A DNA stretch of 56,276 bases, filler included, from Perkinsus olseni (lineage: Eukaryota): NCBI GenBank assembly GCA_013115125.1. It is 4 parts of 4 records of this genome, joined end to end, with 100 filler letters (N's around TTAATTAATTAA, not from the genome) between each part and the next. Parts side by side here need not be neighbours in the genome. Positions count along the whole stretch, not along the records: positions 1 to 14,103 come from JABANN010000737.1; 3 more parts are not named here. The stretch is one strand, 5' to 3'. A program made the position numbers and the translations under genes. Below are positions 1 through 9,247 of this stretch, piece after piece (position 1 is the first letter of the stretch; every line of letters begins with the position of its first letter). The notes beneath the pieces are model-generated. The model did no database searches. It worked only from the letters and a program-made list of their open reading frames with translations, and was not told the DNA's origin.

Positions 1-99
1 GTTGAAAATGACAGTGCAAGTGGTGCAAAAACAGGTGTTTAGAAAAACTCCGGTGAGGAAAAACGATTTACTCGAGGATTCCGACTCATGAAACGTACT

Positions 100-181
100 T
101 GAGTGCTGTGAGGTTCGAACCCACGCGGACCATGTCCAGTGGATCTTAAGTCCACCCCCTTAACCACTCGGACAAACACTC
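100..181 (-). tRNA. trnL-TAA: tRNA-Leu(TAA), array copy 1
   Basis: Reverse complement folds as a class II cloverleaf: acceptor GAGTGTT/AGCACTC, anticodon arm GTGGA-CT-TAA-GA-TCCAC, variable arm GGAC/GTCC, T-loop TTCGAAC. Confidence 0.9.
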
Positions 182-287
182 TGTAATTTCGCTCAGTCTC
201 TGACTTCTGTCGTCCTAGACGCAAGTATGGGTTGCAAACGAACCCATTCAGGAAGATACTACAGGACTCCGACTCATAAAACGTACT

Positions 288-361
288 TGTGTACTGTGAG
301 GTTCGAACCCACGCGGTCCGTGACCAGTGGATCTTCCGTCCATCCACTCGGACAAACACTC
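288..361 (-). pseudogene. tRNA-Leu pseudogene, array copy 2
   Basis: 8-nt deletion in the D-arm, altered anticodon loop (CG-GAA-GA) and an acceptor mismatch. Confidence 0.85.
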
Positions 362-467
362 TGTTACTCCACTCAGTCTCTGACTTCTCTCGTCCTAGAC
401 GTTAGTATGGGTTGCAAACGGACCCATTCAAGAAGATACTACAGGACTCCGACTCATAAAACGTACT

Positions 468-549
468 TGAGAGCTGTGGGATTCGAACCCACGCAGTCAG
501 TGTCCAGTGGATCTTGAGTCCACCCCCTTAACCACTCAGGCAAACACTC
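468..549 (-). tRNA. trnL-CAA: tRNA-Leu(CAA) variant, array copy 3 (possibly non-functional)
   Basis: Anticodon loop CT-CAA-GA; acceptor T.T mismatch; variable arm poorly paired. Confidence 0.55.
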
Positions 550-655
550 TGTGGTTTCGCTCAGTCTCTGGCTTCTCCCGTCCTAGACGCAAGTATAGGT
601 TGTGAACGAACCCATTCAGGAAGATACTAGAGGATTCCTACTCATAAAACGTACT

Positions 656-737
656 TGAGTGCTGTGGGGTTCGAACCCACGCGAACCGTGTCCAGTGGAT
701 CTTAAGTCCACCCCCTTAACCACTCGGGCAAACACTC
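656..737 (-). tRNA. trnL-TAA: tRNA-Leu(TAA), array copy 4
   Basis: All stems pair, allowing G-U wobbles; anticodon TAA. Confidence 0.9.
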
Positions 738-843
738 TGTGGTTTCGCTCAGTCTCTGGCTTCTCTCGTCCTAGACGCAAGTATAGGTTGTAAACGAACC
801 CATTCAGAAAGATACTAGAGGATTCCGACTCATAAAACGTACT

Positions 844-925
844 TGAGTGCTGTGGGGTTCGAACCCACGCGGACCGTGTCCAGCGGATCTTAAGTCCACC
901 CCCTTAACCACTCGGGCAAACCCTC
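844..925 (-). tRNA. trnL-TAA: tRNA-Leu(TAA), array copy 5
   Basis: Cloverleaf with TAA; one G.A mismatch in the acceptor stem. Confidence 0.7.
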
Positions 926-1031
926 TGTGCTTCCGCTCAGTCTCTGGCTTCTCCCGTCCTAAACGCAGGTATAGGTTGTGAACGAACCCATTCAGGAAGA
1001 TACTAGAGGATTCCGACTCATAAAACGTACT

Positions 1032-1113
1032 TGAGTGCTGTGAGGTTCGAACCCACGCGGACCATGTCCAGTGGATCTTATGTCCACCCCCTTAACCACT
1101 CGGGCAAACACTC
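1032..1113 (-). tRNA. trnL-TAA: tRNA-Leu(TAA), array copy 6 (U33 lost, possibly pseudogene)
   Basis: Stems intact; anticodon loop CA-TAA-GA. Confidence 0.55.
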
Positions 1114-1219
1114 TGTAATTTCGCTCAGTCTCTGACTTCTGTCGTCCTAGACGCAAGTATGGGTTGCAAACGAACCCATTCAGGAAGATACTACAGGACT
1201 CCGACTCATAAAACGTACT

Positions 1220-1301
1220 TGAGTACTGTGGGGTTCGAACCCACGCGGTCCGTGACCAGTGGATCTTACGTCCATCCCCTCAACCACTCGGACAAACACT
1301 C
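1220..1301 (-). pseudogene. tRNA-Leu(TAA) probable pseudogene, array copy 7
   Basis: Anticodon loop CG-TAA-GA (U33 to G) and a 27-43 mismatch; variable arm GGTC/GACC still paired. Confidence 0.6.
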
Positions 1302-1407
1302 TGTTATTCCACTCAGTCTCTGACTTCTCTCGTCCTAGACGTTAGTATGGGTTGCAAACGGACCCATTCAAGAAGATACTACAGGACTCCGACTCATAAA
1401 ACGTACT

Positions 1408-1489
1408 TGAGAGCTGTGAGATTCGAACCCACGCGGTCAGTGTCCAGTGGATCTTGAGTCCACCCCCTTAACCACTCAGGCAAACACTC
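1408..1489 (-). tRNA. trnL-CAA: tRNA-Leu(CAA) variant, array copy 8 (possibly non-functional)
   Basis: Anticodon loop CT-CAA-GA; same acceptor mismatch as copy 3. Confidence 0.55.
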
Positions 1490-1595
1490 AGTGGTTTCGC
1501 TCAGTCTCTGGCTTCTCCCGTCCTAAACGCAAGTATAGGTTGTAAACGAACCCATTCAGAAAGATACTAGAGGATTCCGACTCATAAAACGTACT

Positions 1596-1677
1596 TGAGT
1601 GCTGTAGGGTTCGAACCCACGCGGACGGTGTCCAGTGGATCTTAAGTCCACCCTTTTAACCACTCGGGCAAACACTC
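1596..1677 (-). tRNA. trnL-TAA: tRNA-Leu(TAA), array copy 9 (weakened D-stem)
   Basis: TAA anticodon; two D-stem mismatches. Confidence 0.6.
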
Positions 1678-1783
1678 TGTGGTTTCGCTCAGTCTCTGGC
1701 TTCTCTCGTCCTAGACGCAAGTATAGGTTGTAAACGAACCCATTCAGAAAGATACTAGAGGTTTCCGACTCATAAAACGTACT

Positions 1784-1865
1784 TAAGTGCTGTGGGGTTC
1801 GAACCCACGCGGACCGTGTCCAGTGGATCTTAAGTCCACCCCCTTAACCACTCGGGCAAACACTC
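1784..1865 (-). tRNA. trnL-TAA: tRNA-Leu(TAA), array copy 10
   Basis: Intact cloverleaf with a G1-U72 wobble. Confidence 0.85.
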
Positions 1866-1971
1866 TGTACTTCCGCTCAGTCTCTGGCTTCTCCCGTCCT
1901 AAACGCAAGTATAGGTTGTGAACGAACCCATTCAGGAAGATACTAGAGGATTCCGACTCATAAAACGTACT

Positions 1972-2053
1972 TGAGTGCTGTGAGGTTCGAACCCACGCGG
2001 ACCATGTCCAGTGGATCTTAAGTCCACCCCCTTAACCACTCGGGCAAACACTC
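1972..2053 (-). tRNA. trnL-TAA: tRNA-Leu(TAA), array copy 11
   Basis: Intact cloverleaf followed by TTTT. Confidence 0.9.
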
Positions 2054-2159
2054 TGTGGTTTCGCTCAGTCTCTGGCTTCTCTCGTCCTAGACGCAAGTAT
2101 AGGTTGTGAATGAACCCATTCAGGAAGATACTACAGGATTCCGACTCATAAAACGTACT

Positions 2160-2241
2160 TGAGGGCTGGGGGGTTCGAAGCCACGCGGACCGTGTGTAGC
2201 GGACCTCAAGTCCACTGCCTTAACCACTCGGGTATGACATA
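2160..2241 (-). pseudogene. Degenerate tRNA-Leu-derived copy 12 (anticodon position reads TGA)
   Basis: Aligns to the unit but the acceptor 5' strand is lost and there are many substitutions. Confidence 0.8.
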
Positions 2242-2304
2242 TATACAGAAAACTCTTAGGAGAGAAACTACATTCTGAAACAAAACGTCGATTTGTGTGG
2301 TCTA

Positions 2305-2386
2305 AGGCTTACCAGGATTCGATCCCTCGCCAATCGTGCCTGATGAATTTTCAGACCAACCGCTTAACCGCTCGGGAAAACACTCC
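2305..2386 (-). pseudogene. Highly decayed class II tRNA relic at the array edge
   Basis: Reverse complement GAGTGTTTTCCCGAGCGGTTAAG...GGGATCGAATCC matches the 5' half and T-loop of the array tRNA. Confidence 0.65.
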
Positions 2387-2629
2387 ACAGACCAGCTAGC
2401 TAACAAATATGGGTCGCAGTAGTAAACATGCCTGAAACCTCATCAGGAATTCCATGAAATGATGGCGTTACATGGAACGTACTTGTGCTGTGAATGATCG
2501 CTGGATACCCTGCGTAGCACCAGGTGTCAAATTCGCTACTCTTTCTGATAGGCGGATCGACAGAACAAGTACGTTTGAGTACGTCGCGACATTCCAGTAC
2601 TACTCGCGCAACATCATGTCTAGAGAAAC

Positions 2630-4416
2630 TCAATTAACGTTTTCGCCTCCGTCGACTGGTGGTCCCTGCATCAAGGGTGGAGTGGTGGCCGTGCCGTGAT
2701 GATCTATCTCTGCAGGTCCGCTGCCGTTTTGACGATGCACCATCGCCGTGCCACCAACCGTAGGCCAAGGACTGCGACGAGAGCCACATGCCCGTCCGAG
2801 CGGCCGTGCAGCCAAGAATACTCCGCTCGCATTAGTACCTGCAGTTCAGCAACTTGTTGGTCCAAGGGCCGCGTAGCCATCTGCACGAGGTGCATACACG
2901 TCGTCTCCGGGTCGTCGGAGCGGGGCTCTCTGATAAAACAGCGATGTCACTTTGAGTTCACCCACAGGTTTATTCACCTCAGTCTCACTCTCAACGTGGT
3001 ACAGAGCGATTGTATTGCCTCTGCTCGAGTTAGATATGTATCCTCCGCACGACCCTTGGACCCTCGAACGTACCTTCGAGGCAACTACGTACACTAGGCC
3101 CCAATAACACGAGAGTCGGGCCTCTCCCTCGCGATGATCGGTTATATCGTGCATTTTATACGTTACACACGCTTCTGCCGTGCAAGGGAATACCCCAAAA
3201 TCACTGGTGCTATTGATCGCGCCAAACAACACTCAGGCAGTCTGCCAGTCTTCGCATAAGCGATCCGTTGACTCACACGTATGCTGTGTGATCCTCCGAA
3301 CTAGTCGTCATCGTCATGAGGACTTTCTCACATATGGTCGCCTTCAGCCCGAAGCTCGACACCAAGTCCGATCGGTAGCTCACGTACCTACCGAGTGGCT
3401 CAATGCCAATGATTTAACTTCTCTAGCGAGACCCACACTCGACAGGTTACGGACTGGTTGAATAGGTGCACGAATTGAGCGATGAAATTGGGGGGCATGG
3501 CCAGGTCGAAGGAGTAGATGTGTGTCACCTGCCCAGCGAGGATGAGAGATGGATTCGCCCCTCGGAGGAGCATCGGCAGTCTTACTGGATCGAACTGCGT
3601 CAGATCTGCTCCATTCATCAGTTTAAAGTAGATGTTCAACGGCTGGGTGTTCAACACCAAGGGCGGTGCCGCCTCGGACTGCGTCGGAGTCGACTCCTGA
3701 AAAGGCCGTCCAGAGGGGAACTGAAATGACTGGTGTACATGGCCAGAACCTCTCCCCGTGGCTGTTGCACCGCTGCCCAAACCGTGAACCTCCTGCAGAG
3801 TCTCAAAATGATGTAGGAGCGAGAGGAAGTACCTAGGGCCCGGGGTCAAGGGCAATCCCCGGCCCACACCCTACACATTTTTGTCAAACTCTACTCCCAG
3901 TGAAGCTTTAATTCCGGGGACGATCAGTGCTGCTAAGAGGGATGGTATCCCCCGCCCAGATCCTATGTCCAAAAACACGCTAGAATTATCCAACCCGTAG
4001 TCGGCCTGAGGGTAAGGGGCAAGATTGGAGGCCTGAGCGGTCATCCTACGCGGACGCGGACCTTAAGTATGGCGAAGAGCTTGAGCATCGACCCTCGAGT
4101 GTTCTCCCCATAAGTTGACATTGAGCTGGTGGCTATCGTGTTATACTCTCCCCGCCAAAGATAGTCCAGAAACCTGACCCACTACTCCGGGACATGGCGT
4201 GGAGCCTAGCCCCTCACCCTGTGTTGCTACATACTGACGCGGCACTCTCAGATGGCGAAGGCGATGGGCAGCTCTCCGGCGGACTAGCGCTGAGCTCCTC
4301 CGATGTTGATGGCGGCGATGCACTGCAGGTGGAATCAGGTTGCCGGTCGTCGGCACTCGATTGAAGCATCGTACAATCCCTGGTACCTCAACCACAGTTT
4401 CCATTACCCAAAACAT
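2630..4416 (-). CDS. DOT1: DOT1-like (H3K79-type) class I SAM-dependent methyltransferase, multi-exon
   Basis: Hand-spliced exons give STYGENTRGSMLKLFAILK, ADYGLDNSSVFLDIGSGRGIPSLLAALIVPGIKASLGVEFD and THIYSFDLAMP. The order YGE, DxGSGxG, GVE matches DOT1. Gene ends are approximate. Confidence 0.75.
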
Positions 4417-4522
4417 GGCTGCCCATTACCCTCGCCGAATGACAGCACTATAGACCAACATCACTATAGTAGAGACTATCGTTGAGCTGGTAAGTCAGCA
4501 GCAATGGGGTGAATGGGCCTTA

Positions 4523-5984
4523 TCAATCGTCCAACAAAGACTTCTTAGTAACCGAGATGCCCTCTGCCTCCGGTCTGGGAGCCTTCTTACTCTTCTTTCC
4601 TTTCTTCTTCTTCGGGGCCTCTTCGACGGGCTCCTCCTCGTCCGCAGCGTACTGCCGCTTCACCTTCCTCCCGTGACCCGTTTCGTATGCCTCCGCACGG
4701 TAATGAAATCCAGCCCGCAATCCTGTACACATTACTCGTACACAAAACAGAATGATTGCTCGTGCCCCCCTCCACTACCACTGCCATCATCCGCGTCAAG
4801 CTGCAGGACCCTCCCCTTCAGCTTCCAGGGCTCCTTACGCGCACATATCCGCCGCACCACACCAGTAGCCTCGAACGTGACGTAACAGAAGCCTTAAAAA
4901 ACGTCGTGCGGTCGATCCTTAGCGGCTGGCCATGCATTACCCTTATTGCGACGGTCGGGCCCGGCCGTGACCACTCTGACGTTCTCAACATCCCCCATGG
5001 TGCTGAAGAGTTTGGAGATTTCCACCTCCGAGATGTCATCTGAAATGAACTCCGCTGTAACGTAGTAGTGGGGTAGAAGGTGCTTACAAGGAAGGTTTTT
5101 GACGAAGAGAATCTTGGCCTTTCCGTCGACCTGTTTCGGTGACCAGGCGGTTGAGGAACCTGAATGCTCAGGGTCTCATGCCGACATACGGAGTTCAACT
5201 GTCGCTCTCCACAGCAGCCATTCCGTCAACGAATAATGGGATGGTCACAAATTAATTTCGAAGAGAACCCTCATCGATAGAGAAATGTGAGAGCACTTAC
5301 GTGCACCGTAGTTATGAGACGTTTTCCACCAACGTCCCTTCCCACCGAGTACTACCTGCGCTACCACCAGACTTGGCCTCAGTGACATTGAGCCAGCGCT
5401 GCCGTCCACTGCCTCCGGCCCATGCCTTCGACCCGTCCAGTTTCAGAGCTTCAGAAAAAGCCTTATCATCAGCCAGAGTCACATGGGCGTATCCTCTCTG
5501 TAGGGAATCGGTAAGTCTCCCTTTCGCCCCCTCTCCCCCCCCCATCCCTTACCAAACGTCCGCTGTCCTCCCACTTCGGTGCCCGGACACTTAGAATCTG
5601 ACCGCACTCCTTGAAGTGGTTATATATGTCCTCCTCCGTCCAGCTGAAGGGCAGGCCTGAATGAAGTAGAGTGATCAGGCGAGAAAACTATGTGGATACT
5701 CGTGACCCAGAGCGAACGGGACATGGACGGCAGAAGATCACGCGCACTCGCCGACAAGGCGCCCCAGAATTCATGCACCCCTCGCGAGCTTCCCGAGCAT
5801 TGCGCATAGCATCATCCAGGGGGTCGAAATCAGCGCCAAGATAGGCGTGACTCGGTCCAGATACGAAGCTTCCGACTTCGTTCTGCTCCTAGTGTTTCCC
5901 CACCGGAACCGCCCCTCCCCTCGTACTACCTTCCACGTAGACAGTGTTCTCTGAGACGTTCTTGTACCGTTGCTCGGAAGACAT
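4523..5984 (-). CDS. Two-RRM RNA-binding protein with Lys-rich C-terminal tail (nucleolar NSR1/nucleolin-like)
   Basis: RRM1: MSSEQRYKNVSENTVYVEG|LPFSWTEEDIYNHFKECGQILSVRAPKWEDSGRL|RGYAHVTL. RRM2: ISEVEISKLFSTMGDVENVRVV...GFCYVTFE. Tail PKKKKGKKSKK; stop at 4523. Confidence 0.85.
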
Positions 5985-5988
5985 TATG

Positions 5989-8900
5989 TTAACAACAGCT
6001 GGCCAACGTAATACCGAAGATCACTGAGTTGATTCTCTTGCCGAGATGTCGCGTATTTCCTGATGGTAGAAAAGGTCGCGTTGAGATTCGAACCTCAGCG
6101 GTCTTTGGGACCTCGGGTTACAAGCCTCCCCGGCGTGCCTTGAGGTTGGATCGGGTCTGGTAACCACTGTTCCAGACGACGGATTCGACGGCAACTCCAC
6201 TCTAGTCGAATATAATTGCAGTAGTGTCGGGATATTCGTCAGAGGGCTCAAGGGATGCGGAACATAGCAGCAGTCATCAAAGTCCTTCGCCGAGTATCCA
6301 CGCACGCCCTATGTCCGACGCATCCTTGCCTCCTGTACCAAGGAGCTCCCCCGGCCTATCACATACCAGCAGTGGCGGCTCGGTGATCGATGTGGGTGTC
6401 TCCCTCTGGGCCGGAGTCCATGGTTTGGGTCTTTGTAGGCACAGTCATACGTGAAAAGGCTGAGCAGTACCTGTGACTCTCTGTTGAAAGAGAGGATAAG
6501 GCTGAGGTAGGGTCGCGCTCCACAAGCGCTCGCTGCTGCTGCTGCCGCCGCCGAAGGTCAATAGGCAAGCTGTATATGTCGTGTATTTACCATGGGCGTT
6601 CCCTGAATGGCCGTTGGTATGGGTGGCAGAACAGAGTCTCGCCTAGACCCTGACCCAGCGCCCTGCGTGTGGCAGGCTCCAGCCTCGTGCGAAACTTTCG
6701 CGGCGAAAGCCACGCTACGTATAGGTACGGAGGCAAGAAGCCAGCCCAACGAAGGCAGCCCCACTCAGTATCGTTGCGGTCTCTTGATGGAGATCCTGGT
6801 CGGTGTAAGGAGGATGGGCTACCTCTAGCATGAGTTCACTCTTCACCCTCCTCAGCTGAATCCCGCACTCCTGACGAGGGGGCCATGTCCGTATCCGAGT
6901 TGAGATCTATTACATTCGACAGTTCTACGACCTGTAGAGCTCGTGGCCTGCCCTCCCGCGAGGACCTGCTGAGGAGAGCGAAGCTGTAGGTGGATGAGAA
7001 AGCTAGTACAGTATCCGTGATGGAGGGTATGACGAGGTTGGACGATGTCTCATTACCACCGAGGAGTAGTGACCAGCTCGACTCCTGAATAGAGTCGTCG
7101 CAGACTCGTGCATTTGCTATCGACCTCTGGGGCGAGGGATTTCTTTCGTAGGTGCCTCCAACGGCTTCGTGCTAGCGGGTTAGACAATGGCCCTGATGCC
7201 ATTCACAAGCAAGCCCGTGCTGCACTGGCAATCGCACGCTACATCGCTGACGATCCACGGTCCACCGAACGGGAGCGCGAGATGGCGTCTGCAGTAGGAC
7301 GATCTGAGGCAATTCCTGGGGAGCTCATGGCCCCTTAGGAGTTCATGTGGGCCATAGTCGACGCTGATCTGGCTTTGAAGGAAATAAGAGCTCCAGATTT
7401 GAACTTCGAGGTATTCACCTACGCTCATGGACGCTCCCTTCTGTACCGTGGCATGAAGGCCATTGGGTCGGGGATGCGATTGAACTCGCCTAGGCAGGCC
7501 GTGCTCGCGTGCTGCGCACACCTCAGGCCACCTCCCTTCTTAGAGAAGCGGCGGAGATAGCGGTGTTGGCTAGGTAGCTCTTAGTGCGCTAGACTTGGAA
7601 CTCTACGAGGAGAGCAGATCTCAGAATCGAGTACGCGGATTTCCTGAGCACCGGCTCTGAAGAAGAGTCACTCGAGAGCAGGAAGCTTCGCAAGGATGCC
7701 ATGCTGCTGTGTCGAAGTCTCAAGAGAAACGACGGCCAGCCCGTCCTTGAGCCTGGTGGAGTCAATTGCGTGTTTGACAGTTTTGCTGTTGGCTCTGTAC
7801 AACTCAGGCTCCTTAGCGAGAAGGCTCGCAGAGGAAGCTTACAGCAGCACGTTCTACTCCGCCAACTCCTTCAACTCGCTTACTCTGAGCTCATCGAAGG
7901 CCGGCAGCAGGCCGGCGGCGCCCTCCCGATACAGCTTCCGTCCCCACTCCAAGCACCGGTAGCGTGCCTCCGATACTCCTCCGAGCGCATCGACTCTCCT
8001 CCACAGAGCAGACCTAAGCTCGGCACTTCAGGCCTCGGACTCCGCCGGACGCTAGCCTGATTACTGTCCCTCTGCCCAGCATTCCTAAGCCTACTGCAGG
8101 AGCGCCCAAGCGAGTACTTCGCTCCCGTTGTTGAGGATGGTGCCCTCATAGACACCCTCAGGCTTTACTGACAGCACCCAGAGTGAAACCTCGTAGGTCG
8201 AAGAAGATGAATCCTTTCCTGAACTACGAAGACTTGGGGAAGCTGCAAGCTCAGAAGCGACTATGGCTCTACACTGACGATGATTATGTTGGGAAGGGAG
8301 TCGGGTCTTTCTTCGAGCAATCTTACCTAGATTCGGGCACGGATTCGAGAGTTTAAGGACGATATCGCACAGTTCCACCGTGGGCTCGAGGAATCCGATC
8401 CCAACGCTCTCTATGAGCAAGTGGTGGAGTACTCGTCATTCGGCATGAAAGCTCGAGTGAGTTGGGGTGGCGTTATAGCACCGTCATCGCCCGGCGACCG
8501 ACGCGATCTCCCGTTCCTTATATTAGCTGCATTCGACCTCGTAAGTCATAGTGTAGATGATTGAGTTGGGTGTTAGGTCAAAGCCCAAGCCCGGCACCCG
8601 AAGGTGGAAGCTGATAAAGGTAAGGAGGTGCCCCTGTACTGTACTGGAATGTCGCGGTACTACGCGGACCCTAGGCCGTTCGGACGAGGCCGTGGCTCTA
8701 CCGAAGATTAGAAGCTTCGCAGAGTCTCGCAGAGGATCACGGTAGGCGAGAATATCTGACCGGTCCTCTCCTGCTCGTCAGTCTGTGTATACAGGGCGCA
8801 GTCTTCTTTCGGTGTCAATGCTAAGGCAGAGAGTGATTTTGCTAGAAAGCTGTCTGCCATCGAGAAAGCCAAGGACCTGGGAACCCTAGCGAGGATCATT

Positions 8901-9078
8901 AACGAGAGTACGTACAAGCTGCATCCTTGAAAAGGCGCCGGATTCTGAACTGTGCTTCCTCAGGCACTGCATTGGTAGAGAATCTCCCGACACGCCTCGA
9001 TCTGGAGTCCTCGAGGATCACTATGCCTGCTTTGGTAGGTCTCTCTCTCGGTTTTAAGAAAGCATGATTATTGGTCAT
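5989..9078 (-). CDS. Uncharacterised multi-exon protein-coding gene (possibly two genes)
   Basis: Chain of - strand open segments bounded by GT/AG, starting MTNNHAFLKPRERPTKAG. No domain recognised; 3' end uncertain. Confidence 0.4.
6070..6181 (-). pseudogene. Class II (Leu-like) tRNA relic or structured Pol III-like element
   Basis: - strand carries an A-box-like TGGAACAGTGG, a variable-arm hairpin GGTC-CCAAA-GACC, a B-box GGTTCGAATC and then TTTT. Confidence 0.5.
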
Positions 9079-9247
9079 TGCTCTCTGGGCATGCTTCTAA
9101 TGTATACAACTTGTCTTGTGTTACATAGTGCTGAGATAGCGCGATCACAAGCAACAGCACTGACCGTCAAACCGTCATATCTGAGAGCTCTTGCTTGCTG
9201 ACGCGACCTCGGGCGTCGAGTCGTGCGCATCAAACCCAGTTTACTTT

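Larger units (their letters stand above)
73..2241 (-). repeat. Tandem array of 188-bp units, each carrying one tRNA-Leu gene or pseudogene (12 copies)
   Basis: tRNA acceptor 3' strands begin at + positions 101, 289, 469, 657, 845, 1033, 1221, 1409, 1597, 1785, 1973 and 2161. The period is 188, except one 180 caused by an 8-nt deletion. The ~106-nt spacer is conserved and carries TTTT just downstream of the tRNA on the - strand. Confidence 0.97.

Noticed and set aside
39-517. ORFs 39-359 and 227-517
   Set aside because: Chance frames across tRNA repeats.
73-2241. CRISPR array
   Set aside because: Spacers are as conserved as the repeats, units are 188 bp and encode tRNAs, there are no cas genes, and the context is eukaryotic.
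2872-2882. CGTAGCCATCT, resembling the perkinsid/dinoflagellate spliced leader
   Set aside because: Only 11 nt, antisense to the DOT1-like gene, and lacking the TGGCTCAAG end.
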